Source: a virus (taxonomy: Duplodnaviria > Caudoviricetes). Taken from it: a DNA stretch of 64,000 nt. How positions within the stretch are numbered: the first letter of the stretch is position 1; each line of letters opens with the position of its first letter. Positions 46,158 through 55,553 of the stretch are shown one piece after another. The notes under the pieces were generated by a model. The model saw nothing but the letters and a program-made list of their open reading frames with translations. It was not told the DNA's origin and ran no database searches. Where the stretch lies: IMG/VR virus record IMGVR_UViG_3300025087_000034, one strand, 5' to 3'. The translations under genes were made by a program, and so were the position numbers.

Positions 46158-47107
46158 TAAATATCCTCCGAAAAGAAAACTCGTATAAACCTGTCTTTTT
46201 TCAAGGCGACTTCAAGAACTGGTTTTATATGTGACGGTAAAGGAATCGTAGTTTTACTTTCTAATCCAAAGCCTGAGTACGATACAGCCGATGCAATGTC
46301 TTTTTGGCAGGCTCTTATTTTCGTTGTTACACCACTAAATTTATAAGGACATATTATAAGTTTAGCTTTCTCCGTATCTTCTATAATATTTCCCTCGCTA
46401 CAAATAAGTTCTGATATAATAAAGTCTTTAAACACTGCTTCTTTCCCTATTGTAGTACGAATAAGACTACAGGACACCGCCTTTACGTCCAGGATTTCAC
46501 AGCCAACTATACCTGAGTCTACTATTTTGGTAAGTAAAAGCATACATTCCGATAAAGTAGACCCTACAAAAGATACTTTTGACAGGGTACAAAAAAAGAA
46601 GTCACACTCGTGTATCTCCACCTCATTGAGACTGAGATCGTCTATTGTGGACTTAAAAAATGTACAATCATAGAATATTATCTTACCGTTATATTTGTGT
46701 CTAGCATCATAGATTCTTTCACTAAATTCACAGGCTATAAATTTGCAACCAGAAAAGGAAATAAACTCTATGTATTCAAAATCTGTAAAGGTACAATTAG
46801 CAAAGCTACAATTTATAAATTCTAATCCTGTGTTTGGGGAACATACTTGTGTAAACTCACAGTGGTCAAAATAGCAATCTCTATATTTACCCATAGTAGC
46901 CTGATGAGCACTAAGATAACAATCTGAGAACAGACAATTATAAAAATCTTCTTCTAAACTTGATAATAAACTAAAATCACATTTATCAAACGCTGTGTTC
47001 TCCTTACCATAATCAGACCAATTGTGTACACTTTTTTTACTTATGGTTTCATTCGTAATTATAAAGTCTTTTGTTAACTTTAATTTTTTATAGATATAGC
47101 CTTGCAT
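46157..47107 (-). CDS. Pentapeptide-repeat protein (track start 47230; ATG 47107 preferred)
   Basis: Long pentad array (NCSFANCTFTDFEYIEFISFSGCKFIACEF...). Confidence 0.85.
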   Translation of the reverse strand: MQGYIYKKLKLTKDFIITNETISKKSVHNWSDYGKENTAFDKCDFSLLSSLEEDFYNCLFSDCYLSAHQATMGKYRDCYFDHCEFTQVCSPNTGLEFINCSFANCTFTDFEYIEFISFSGCKFIACEFSERIYDARHKYNGKIIFYDCTFFKSTIDDLSLNEVEIHECDFFFCTLSKVSFVGSTLSECMLLLTKIVDSGIVGCEILDVKAVSCSLIRTTIGKEAVFKDFIISELICSEGNIIEDTEKAKLIICPYKFSGVTTKIRACQKDIASAVSYSGFGLESKTTIPLPSHIKPVLEVALKKDRFIRVFFSEDI

Positions 47108-47232
47108 GTGTGTTCTTGTTAACCTCTTTCTTGTGCTCCCATATAATATAGCGTTTTGCTGTCCAGCAGCAATAGCGAACATACTAACCAAGCCATAGAT
47201 AAGTTTCCTATAACATAAGAGCATCACCAATT

Positions 47233-47337
47233 TAAAAAGAGGTACAGCTCTAGTACCTACCCAAACGTAGGAACCACGTTGTGGTATCGTGGTGTGTTCA
47301 GGACGTGCTTTTTACACCATATAGGTCTTTTTCCTAT
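47233..47337 (-). terminator. Chain of short hairpins ending in a terminator-like stem plus U-run
   Basis: Minus-strand stems ATAGG/CCTAT, GGTGT/ACACC, CCACG/CGTGG, CCTAC/GTAGG, AGGTAC/GTACCT, then CTTTTT. Confidence 0.4.
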
Positions 47338-47382
47338 GCACCGGGGTTTCTATTCTAGCTATTATATATAGGAGCGTAATAA

Positions 47383-48456
47383 TCAATTTTGTGATTTCTG
47401 GCTTCTGGAGGCCACAACCGTTTGAATTCTATTTTCGAAATCCCTCTGTTTTTGTGTTATCGGAGCCACTTCCCTACCAAGTCTATCAGCCTGCCTAAGA
47501 ATAAATAGTGGAAACAAACTCAAATTATTCATGTCTTCCAACTTTAGATTCACCCTCTCAACAAAGCGCATAACCGTAGAATCTTTCCATTTTCTATCAT
47601 ATTGATACATATGATTAGATACCAGATGATATATAATTTTTCCTTCGTCAGAGTTGTGCAATTCAAGTCTATTTAAGATATTGGCTACTAATTTAGATCC
47701 CAAGACTTCGTGTTTATGAAAGGTGGCCCCTTTTTCATTTTTCCCCTTTGTACCTGGTTTTCCAACATCGTGTACTAGAGCAGCAAATTTTATAGTGTAA
47801 TCGTTCGTAGGGCACAAGTCACAGGCCATAAGACAATGGTCATATACAGTGAACTTGTGGTACAGTTCATTTTGTGTAATGCCAAAGCAATTAGATAATT
47901 CAGGGAGAATAATATCTAGAGCCCCCACAAGCCTTAAAAACTCTATTCCTGTCGAGGGTTTTGTTGATTTTATTAGTCTCTTTAGTTCTCTCCATATAAA
48001 TCTACCAGGAGTCTGTGCTAACTTTGCTACATTCTTACTTATAGAGAGGAGTAGCCTTTCTGATATAGAGAAACCGGTTTCCGCTTTCAAAGCTGCGGCT
48101 CTGATTATAAGTTGTGGTTTCTCAGCTAACTCCTGTTCTGGTTCGTGTACTGTTGTTATTCTTTTTTTCTCTATATCTTTCATAGCTCCATAAGGGTCTA
48201 TTATCTCCTTGGTTGAGGAGTTCAAGAGAAGGCCATCTAGTTTAAACGGCTGTATGGGTAGATACTTTGTTGGAGTACAGTGAGTTACGTGTTTTACTTT
48301 TATCCCTTTTGCAATTATTTGTTCCGAGGTGTCAAAAGAAACTAGGTAGACTTCTTCTGGAGTGAGGTCCATAATTAGCAAACATGCAGTGGTATAACTG
48401 AAATACAGGTTCTTGTTTCGGTATCCTTGTACCAGAGGTATAAGGCTATTTGTCAT
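47383..48456 (-). CDS. CCA-adding enzyme/poly(A) polymerase-derived protein with degenerate nucleotidyltransferase head and intact HD domain
   Basis: IIDPYGAMKDI, IWRELKRL, ILPEL, QNELYH...VYDH, AALVHDVGKP, HEVLG; GGxVRD, DxD and RRD motifs are absent. Confidence 0.82.
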   Translation of the reverse strand: MTNSLIPLVQGYRNKNLYFSYTTACLLIMDLTPEEVYLVSFDTSEQIIAKGIKVKHVTHCTPTKYLPIQPFKLDGLLLNSSTKEIIDPYGAMKDIEKKRITTVHEPEQELAEKPQLIIRAAALKAETGFSISERLLLSISKNVAKLAQTPGRFIWRELKRLIKSTKPSTGIEFLRLVGALDIILPELSNCFGITQNELYHKFTVYDHCLMACDLCPTNDYTIKFAALVHDVGKPGTKGKNEKGATFHKHEVLGSKLVANILNRLELHNSDEGKIIYHLVSNHMYQYDRKWKDSTVMRFVERVNLKLEDMNNLSLFPLFILRQADRLGREVAPITQKQRDFENRIQTVVASRSQKSQN

Positions 48457-49285
48457 CTTTGACTTTTTTCTCCGCTGATTTTAGGAGACCCCAAATAGCT
48501 TGGCGCGAAACTCTTCTAGGAGTAATACCTTCTGAAAAGACTACGTCCGCGATGTCTTCATTGTTGAGGCCTTGTTGATGAAGGACTAGTATAGAAGCCT
48601 TTTTCTTGCCCATATTTTCTCTTAGTTTTTCAACTAATTCATTTGCAGCAACATTATTTATTATGCTATCTTCACTAGTTATATGGTGTGACATTGCTGA
48701 CTCGTCGTCTGGAACTTCTATAGTTATACTTTCGTAGGCAAGGCTGACTATTGTTTCATAAGTGGTCTTCGAGTTCTTTGCCAGCTTATCTACCATTGCC
48801 TTTATACATCTTAACTTATCTAATGAACCGATAGAAAGTAGTAATTCTGCTTCGTGCTGCCAAACTCCTATTATTTCTCTAGGTTCTATATGACGACAGA
48901 ATAATGTATGTTCCTGTTCCAAGAGCCTAGTCATTCTATCTATATAGACCCTTGTTTTACTTATATAAATGGGGACAGATATAGATGTAGTATTTTTTAT
49001 GCAGTATTCATATAAACGACCTTTTATTCTTGTTATAGCATGTATATCAAAATTGGATGAACGTGTAGGATCAAAATGCCTTGAAGCTTCTATAAGCCCT
49101 ATTATTCCACACATTACAAGATCTTCATACTCTACCCCGGGTCTTACGTATTTTTCAGCCATAGTTAATACCAATTTTATATATTTTTTTATATCCTTTT
49201 CCTCTTTATTCTTTGGTATGTATCCATTAATTATATATGATATGTGTCTAAAAAATTCGGGTGACATTCTTTTGCTTCCAGACAT
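48446..49285 (-). CDS. sigma70-family RNA polymerase sigma factor, divergent
   Basis: Region 2-like EDLVMCGIIGLIEASRHFDPTRSSNF; region 4-like GLNNEDIA...VSRQAI. Confidence 0.82.
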   Translation of the reverse strand: MSGSKRMSPEFFRHISYIINGYIPKNKEEKDIKKYIKLVLTMAEKYVRPGVEYEDLVMCGIIGLIEASRHFDPTRSSNFDIHAITRIKGRLYEYCIKNTTSISVPIYISKTRVYIDRMTRLLEQEHTLFCRHIEPREIIGVWQHEAELLLSIGSLDKLRCIKAMVDKLAKNSKTTYETIVSLAYESITIEVPDDESAMSHHITSEDSIINNVAANELVEKLRENMGKKKASILVLHQQGLNNEDIADVVFSEGITPRRVSRQAIWGLLKSAEKKVKDDK

Positions 49286-49297
49286 TTTGGATCCTAT

Positions 49298-50284
49298 TTA
49301 GTGTGGGGCAAATTTTCTGCCTATTTCTATATAACCATTTTCTTTTAAGTATTCTACTCCTTTTTTGGATATTATCCTCCCTCTGCTAGTTCTTATAAGT
49401 AGACCTTGCTGTATAAGATACGGTTCTGTGCTATTTTGTATAGTTTCGGGGGATTCATTTAGCAATATAGATGTTGTATCAAGTCCTAGTGGAACCCCTG
49501 TTTCATACATAGTTTTTAAATATTTTATGTCAGTATATAATAGCCCATTTTTGTCTATTCCTATAATATTAAAAACTGAGGAACATTCATCCATAGTTAT
49601 AGTGTCTCTTTTTAACACCACAACAGCATCCCAAACACGATATAATAGGTTTACGACTATGCGAGGGACACCTCTTGCTCGAGAAGCGATAGCTTCCGCG
49701 GCATCTTGTGTTATCTGCATTTTATTTATTTCTGCATGTTTTATAGCTATTTGTGTAGTTTCTTCTAGGTTATAGGTTTTGAAGTGAAAACCCATTCTAA
49801 ATCTGTCCCTAAAAGGCTTTGATAGTTTACCGGCTAGCGTTGTAGCTCCTATGATAGTAAATTGTGGAACCCACATTTCCCAGTTTTCACCTGTGTATTG
49901 ATTTTTTGTAACAATATAGTGTTCTTCCATTGCTATACCAAGAGACTCTTGTCCATTTGTTGGAAGCCTGTGTATTTCGTCCAAAAATATTATTGTTGGT
50001 TTGATTTTACTTACCTTTAATCCTTCTTTTGTGTATCCCTCTACAGACAGTTTTTCTATGAGCTCATACACATCTTTAGATGTTTTTAGGCTCTCCGACG
50101 GAACCTTCAACATCCCTGCTCCTTGGTGTATAGCAAGAGCCTTCGACATAGTGGTTTTTCCACATCCAGAGGCACCTGTAAATAGAGTATGCGGTATAGC
50201 CTCATTATTTATTCTTGCTGCCTCACTGGCTATTGTTAATTGTAGCTTTATATTATTATTCCCTATTATATCATTAAATCTCAA
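49298..50284 (-). CDS. ruvB: Holliday junction branch migration ATPase RuvB
   Basis: FNDIIG, GASGCGKTT, FLDEIHRL, FTIIGATT, PFRDRF, ARGVPRI, EPYLIQQG..RTSRGR. Confidence 0.93.
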   Translation of the reverse strand: MRFNDIIGNNNIKLQLTIASEAARINNEAIPHTLFTGASGCGKTTMSKALAIHQGAGMLKVPSESLKTSKDVYELIEKLSVEGYTKEGLKVSKIKPTIIFLDEIHRLPTNGQESLGIAMEEHYIVTKNQYTGENWEMWVPQFTIIGATTLAGKLSKPFRDRFRMGFHFKTYNLEETTQIAIKHAEINKMQITQDAAEAIASRARGVPRIVVNLLYRVWDAVVVLKRDTITMDECSSVFNIIGIDKNGLLYTDIKYLKTMYETGVPLGLDTTSILLNESPETIQNSTEPYLIQQGLLIRTSRGRIISKKGVEYLKENGYIEIGRKFAPH

Positions 50285-50293
50285 AATTTCCTC

Positions 50294-50746
50294 CTACTGA
50301 TTTTGAACATTAACATTTGGTACCCACTTTGGGGCCGTTTTAATTAAGCAGAGAATTATTTTTTCATCCGTTTGGTATCCCCCCACTATCTTAAATCCAG
50401 CAGACCCAAATGTTTTTATCGACCCTTCGTTATCCCTTCTTACCATGGCATATATTAAGGGAGTCTGCGAGGACTTTATTCCGGCTTCCACTAATGTCTT
50501 CGCTATGCCTTGTTTTCTTAGCAACTCGGTTACACATAGGTGTTTCAACTCGGTAATATTGTAAGATTGTTTATTTACTCTTATACATCCCACGACAATA
50601 TTCTTGAATGTCTCTATTATGTATTCGTTTGAATTGCTTAGAATTTCGTCTATATCGTGGACGGTGCCCAGTTGGTTGTATTTATTTATTAGGGCAGTTA
50701 TTTGTACGGCTATTTTTGTATCTGTTAGTATTCGTCTAAAGCTCAC
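50294..50746 (-). CDS. GNAT-family acetyltransferase
   Basis: LKHLCVTELLRKQGIAKTL, NEGSIKTFGSAGF. Confidence 0.85.
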   Translation of the reverse strand: MSFRRILTDTKIAVQITALINKYNQLGTVHDIDEILSNSNEYIIETFKNIVVGCIRVNKQSYNITELKHLCVTELLRKQGIAKTLVEAGIKSSQTPLIYAMVRRDNEGSIKTFGSAGFKIVGGYQTDEKIILCLIKTAPKWVPNVNVQNQ

Positions 50747-51746
50747 TTAAACTTCCTAGATTGATAAGGCCGGCTTCTTTTAGTAGATCTGCTGCTTTCT
50801 TAGCATTGTCATCGGAAATATTACCTATCAGATTTAACAAAGATTCCTTGGAAAACTTACGACCAAATCTCAATATATTTCTAAAGTAATCTGACACAGT
50901 AAACAAAACCTCGCTATCTTGTAGGGAGGGTGAACACGTAGCATTCATAATAAATACCCTGCCATCCTTGTCAGATACCAAATCGACAGCGGCGAAATCT
51001 AATCTGTATTTATTCTGTAAGATTTTTGCTATATTCATTATAGTAGTATCTATACCTTCTTTTACAAATTGTTGTTCCGACCATGCAACAATGGCTTTTG
51101 TAGTGTCTTCTGTTATGAGTCCTTTTTCAAACATTTCGGTCAAGGCAGTCTTTACTTCTTCGCTTCTATTTAACATAAGAGTCTCTTTGTGGGAGAGTAA
51201 TTTCTTAGATGAGGAGATTCTACCAAGTATATTGTTCCCCATTATATCATGGCCGACGAATACTCGGTCAAAACCAGCCCTGTCAATGTGGTTGCAAGCA
51301 AAGGTAGCAGAGGGAATAGTCGTAGCTTGATTATAGTCGGTAGCATTTTTTATAACAGCTAACAAATCTCCTGACTTGGCTAGTATATCGAATTTTGTGC
51401 TACCAAAAAAGTCTCTCATACTAGTGTAGTTTCTATTAACTATCTTTCTATAATTACCGGTTAGTAATTCATGTTGAGTGCTTACGTCTGTTAGAAAAGC
51501 CTGTCTATGTGCAAGTAAGTCTGCCGAGCTTGGTAGATTGAACATCCTTGTTTCGTCTATTTCTACTCCCTCTGTATCCACCAATCCGTAAAAGATTATT
51601 TTAGTTTCCGGCTCTCGTATGATATTGCGAAGTTCCTCCGTTAATTCCGCGAAGGAACCAACGGCTATCTCGGCATCTACAGCCTGAGCTAAAAATATAG
51701 CAGAAGTGTCTACGGAGTGGGTACACCAAACTATTGTTGTTGACAT
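50736..51746 (-). CDS. Degenerate ATP-grasp-like protein
   Basis: RVFV...LDFAAVDLVSDKDGRVFIMNATCSP resembles the ATP-grasp C-terminal motifs but lacks ExN. Confidence 0.6.
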   Translation of the reverse strand: MSTTIVWCTHSVDTSAIFLAQAVDAEIAVGSFAELTEELRNIIREPETKIIFYGLVDTEGVEIDETRMFNLPSSADLLAHRQAFLTDVSTQHELLTGNYRKIVNRNYTSMRDFFGSTKFDILAKSGDLLAVIKNATDYNQATTIPSATFACNHIDRAGFDRVFVGHDIMGNNILGRISSSKKLLSHKETLMLNRSEEVKTALTEMFEKGLITEDTTKAIVAWSEQQFVKEGIDTTIMNIAKILQNKYRLDFAAVDLVSDKDGRVFIMNATCSPSLQDSEVLFTVSDYFRNILRFGRKFSKESLLNLIGNISDDNAKKAADLLKEAGLINLGSLSEL

Positions 51747-51756
51747 CTCTTTGCTC

Positions 51757-52986
51757 CTAAAGGGATTTTCCGGCTAACCAACCGCGTTTAAGGTCTAATT
51801 GAGAGGCCTTTAATGGTACTTGTTTCCTGCAGCATATCTTTATAAACCCATCTATTTCACTCTTATATAAAGGATAGGTAGACATTTGTTTTAGTTTATT
51901 GTGTATGGATAAAACTAGGGAAGTTGGAACATCTGATATGGAAGAGTTATTTACTATATTTCGTACATATTCTGTATCCATACAATCAAAGTATCTCTGT
52001 ATATTGTTCTTATTGTCAACTAGCATTAAAAAATCTTTATTGTAATTGTTGTCTTCATATTTTTTCCATATTTCTTCAACCACTGCTTTTGTGGTTGCTA
52101 TGGTAACCAAAGCAAGTGTTGGATGCACAAACCAGATTCCACTTGGAACTCGCCATTCAAATTTTATGTCACCACTTCTCATTGCTCCAAAACAACCGTA
52201 GTCCTTTTCTTTTAGTCTGCGTTCCGAGGCTACTGGGGTATCCAATCTTACGAGAGGAAGAGCTACAAACTCGTCTAATATTCTTACTATTCTAGCTTGT
52301 ATCATTTTATCCGGATGCTTTGCCCCACCTTCTATGTTTGGCAGGCCTAAATGAATGTGCCCTCCTATGTAATAACGACGGTCCATGTCTGGGTGCCAGA
52401 AACTAGCCCCACCCACCCAATCATAGTTTTCTATTTTGTGCCCCTCTGTTTCAAATATATTTTTCATGTTTTCTACTAGTTGCTTAGAGTTGTTACTAGG
52501 AGGCGGCCTCATTTCAGCGCAAGGACCATCACTACCCAGAACAGCCTGTTTTTTAGCCGGGTCATCAAATTCATATCCTAGACCATCATCTCCATATTCT
52601 GCCGTACCGTCTTTATTAACTAGAATGAACTCTGGGTCACATCCTATCATTATTTTTTCAACTTGTTCAGAGACCCATATTTTTTTATATTTATCTATTT
52701 TTCCCATTATTTTATTATAGGTTTTTGTGGTCACAAACCCTATAGTTTTAGTATTTTCCATCCCTTCATTAGCAAGGTCTTCATTAATAGCTTGACCTAT
52801 TTTTAATTTTATGTTTTCTAATACGCCTTCTACTTTTATATATGTAGTATCTCCCCCTGATGGTCTATAATGTAATCGTGCTCTTTTAGAAAGTCTTATA
52901 AAATCATGCTCCAGTCTATTTCTTTCTGCTCGTAGATTCATTATTTCTGATGGTTTCAAAAATAATTGCATTTTTGTTTCCCGCAT
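51757..52986 (-). CDS. phiEco32-like COOH-NH2 ligase type 2 (copy B)
   Basis: IGCDPEF, GSDG, EMRP, GGHIHLG, FEWRVPSG. Confidence 0.9.
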   Translation of the reverse strand: MRETKMQLFLKPSEIMNLRAERNRLEHDFIRLSKRARLHYRPSGGDTTYIKVEGVLENIKLKIGQAINEDLANEGMENTKTIGFVTTKTYNKIMGKIDKYKKIWVSEQVEKIMIGCDPEFILVNKDGTAEYGDDGLGYEFDDPAKKQAVLGSDGPCAEMRPPPSNNSKQLVENMKNIFETEGHKIENYDWVGGASFWHPDMDRRYYIGGHIHLGLPNIEGGAKHPDKMIQARIVRILDEFVALPLVRLDTPVASERRLKEKDYGCFGAMRSGDIKFEWRVPSGIWFVHPTLALVTIATTKAVVEEIWKKYEDNNYNKDFLMLVDNKNNIQRYFDCMDTEYVRNIVNNSSISDVPTSLVLSIHNKLKQMSTYPLYKSEIDGFIKICCRKQVPLKASQLDLKRGWLAGKSL

Positions 52987-53003
52987 TATAAGTCTCCCAA
53001 AGA

Positions 53004-54863
53004 TTAGTTCATAGTTTTATTAGTTGGGGTCTTAAATACACTAAGATTCAATTCCTTAGCGGCACTAATTTCGTCTATGTCAAGGACGTCTGCTAGTTTA
53101 TTCTCGTCAATTTGTCCAGTCTCTGCAAACAAATTTTGCTTAGATAACAAAGCAGACAAAACTAATCGTAGATTCCGCACCAATTTAGTTGCGGATTCCA
53201 ACTTGATATTTAATGATATTCTGTCTTCCGTATTTTTGAAGAAGGTCTTTTCCATACTGACTACTTTTATTTTGAGGTCTTCAACCTTCTTTTTCTCCTC
53301 AAGGGCTTCGTCTGCAGACACTGTTTCATATTCACTGGTGCCTTGTTCATAACCTGCACTATAACCATATGCGTATCCTTCGGGAAAGATCTTTTCATAG
53401 CAAGCAACCAAAATCTTTAAGGCCTCTGTTTCATCTTCAATATCTACTAACCAGGACTTTAATAATTCTTTTACATCTACCTCGCCAATTTTCGCTATAG
53501 TAGCCTTACCTTCAGTTTCTATAGCAACACTATGTAAACACTCTAATCCAAAGGCTATTCGTTCATCCCAAGAATAGGAGCACGAAGGGTCGTCTTCCAC
53601 TATTTCAGTTTCTATTTCTATATCCTCGTAAACATCCTCATTGTCTGCACATATACCAGGCAAAGTTATCTCTAACAAACTTCCTTCCTCGTCTTTAGAC
53701 TTATCTTCTATTGTGTTATTTCCACTAGGATAGGATGCATTAGTTTCGCTAGGAAAGGAGGTACTAAATTTTTCTGTAGCAGCCCTGGTATCCTTAGTTG
53801 CATTAGTTTTTACTCCATTGTCATATTTTGTGATAGTCTGTGGGGTACCCCTAGCACAGCTGTATATTTTTTCTACTTTTATTAGATCCTCTGGTATTGT
53901 TTTGGAGTTTACTTCTGTATCCAAATCCAGTATGAAGACTCCTGATTCTATAGAGGAGGGACTGCTTACTGTCTTACCATACCAAGTCTTACTAAGGTAG
54001 GGAAAGACCTCCCCCACATTTCCTAGTTCTATTTTGGTACCCTCTTTAGTATTTACTATCATGCTAGTCTTGTATTCTCTATTACGCCAGCGGTCATAAT
54101 TTTCCATGGCTGCTACTAAGTATTTTCTTTCCGATACCATAACCAAGCAACCTAATTCAGGGATATAGGCACCCTCCATGGGTTTTTGACCCTCCCTCAG
54201 GCAACCTACTTTGGATGGGTTCCCTGTTGTATAGGACATTACGGCAAATTCCCCAATAAGTTCGTTGTGTGTAGTTTTTAAGTTTTCTATTGTAAAGTTG
54301 TTTTTATATTCTGCTATGAGTTGGAAAATAATTTCACTATCTACTTTTCCTATTCTTTCGATTCCATGTTTTGCAAATAAGGCATCATCATTGGATATAC
54401 TACCGTTATGAACACCGACTATGGTATCTTGGGTTAATCTTTTGTTTTCTTTATCTAGATTTTTTGAAGTAATTATTACTGGGTGGTTGTTATGCGGATT
54501 ATGTGGGTCCCCCTTCGTACTTTTTCTTACGTGTCCGAGGATTTGCTTTATTCTTTTCTCCCCAATTTTTCTAAACCACATATCCATAAACCAAGAAAAA
54601 TTAGTTTCTTTATCCGTCGGATTTATATACTCGTCTCCCCAGCTACTAGGATCTCTAGCAAAGAAAGAGGAGGCTACTGGTTGTTTTACTATCAATGTTT
54701 TCTTATCTTCCCATAACAAAGCTACCCCAGTAGCGTCTGCTCCACGAGGTTCCATTGCTACCAAGGTTTCCAATAGTAGAAATCTTTGTATCAAGACCTC
54801 TACAATTGGGTCTATAGATTTTTCCGTATTGTTATATGAAAAAAGACCAAATATTCCGCACAT
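53004..54863 (-). CDS. Class II (Ntn) glutamine amidotransferase with long acidic C-terminal extension
   Basis: MCGIFG N-terminal nucleophile, RGADATG, GHVRKST, NNHP, HNGSI, VDSEII. Confidence 0.9.
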   Translation of the reverse strand: MCGIFGLFSYNNTEKSIDPIVEVLIQRFLLLETLVAMEPRGADATGVALLWEDKKTLIVKQPVASSFFARDPSSWGDEYINPTDKETNFSWFMDMWFRKIGEKRIKQILGHVRKSTKGDPHNPHNNHPVIITSKNLDKENKRLTQDTIVGVHNGSISNDDALFAKHGIERIGKVDSEIIFQLIAEYKNNFTIENLKTTHNELIGEFAVMSYTTGNPSKVGCLREGQKPMEGAYIPELGCLVMVSERKYLVAAMENYDRWRNREYKTSMIVNTKEGTKIELGNVGEVFPYLSKTWYGKTVSSPSSIESGVFILDLDTEVNSKTIPEDLIKVEKIYSCARGTPQTITKYDNGVKTNATKDTRAATEKFSTSFPSETNASYPSGNNTIEDKSKDEEGSLLEITLPGICADNEDVYEDIEIETEIVEDDPSCSYSWDERIAFGLECLHSVAIETEGKATIAKIGEVDVKELLKSWLVDIEDETEALKILVACYEKIFPEGYAYGYSAGYEQGTSEYETVSADEALEEKKKVEDLKIKVVSMEKTFFKNTEDRISLNIKLESATKLVRNLRLVLSALLSKQNLFAETGQIDENKLADVLDIDEISAAKELNLSVFKTPTNKTMN

Positions 54864-54878
54864 GTACGAGGGACTCCT

Positions 54879-55553
54879 TTATCCGAGGTCCAAGGGGATT
54901 TCTGTAGAATATTCTGGGCAAAAAGATTCGACCCAAAAAAATTCTTTTAATCCGTGGTTTGTAAATATGATATCACCTAGAGAAAGGGAAGTTGAATTTT
55001 TACGGTATAGTTTAGCCCATATGCCTTCGCATTTTTGCCATTCTTCACAAAGTACGTCCTCTGTTCTGGATAGAGATAACAAAATATTAATTGGATCCTT
55101 TACAGAATTAAGCCCCTCTTTGTCCCAAAAAAGTACGTAGGTATTTCTATACTTTTTTCTTAGAGTCGGCAGTATCATTTTTTTTATTTTTGCAAGGTCT
55201 TTCACTATCGTGTAGTCTTTATATAGGGGTAAAATAGCCTCTATGTCGGTGTATTCTACTAGATAACATGTAAACTTTTTGTAGCTGACCTTTTGTAATT
55301 CTTCAGTCTTAATTGTCTGGTATACGTATTTATTGTGGGGAACTTTAGTGGCAATAGGTAAAGAATGAGGAAAGAATACCAATGTTTCAGATTGTTTTTT
55401 ATAGTCCGTAGTAAAACCCAAAGGTGAAGCTATACAGGAGTTAGTCAGTGCACTATTATCATAGACAGCAATTATATCTATATTATTAAACGGAAATGGG
55501 TATGGATATATTAGTTTGGTCCCTAATTTTAGATTTGGCAGTAGGGAAGGCAT
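54879..55553 (-). CDS. Hypothetical protein within the ligase cluster
   Basis: 224-aa ORF co-oriented between the amidotransferase genes. Confidence 0.7.
   Translation of the reverse strand: MPSLLPNLKLGTKLIYPYPFPFNNIDIIAVYDNSALTNSCIASPLGFTTDYKKQSETLVFFPHSLPIATKVPHNKYVYQTIKTEELQKVSYKKFTCYLVEYTDIEAILPLYKDYTIVKDLAKIKKMILPTLRKKYRNTYVLFWDKEGLNSVKDPINILLSLSRTEDVLCEEWQKCEGIWAKLYRKNSTSLSLGDIIFTNHGLKEFFWVESFCPEYSTEIPLDLG

Noticed and set aside
54421-55140. Long + strand ORFs within the minus-strand block (e.g. 54421-55140, 42383-42889)
   Set aside because: They overlap well-supported minus-strand genes, lack RBS and motifs, and have antisense-type composition
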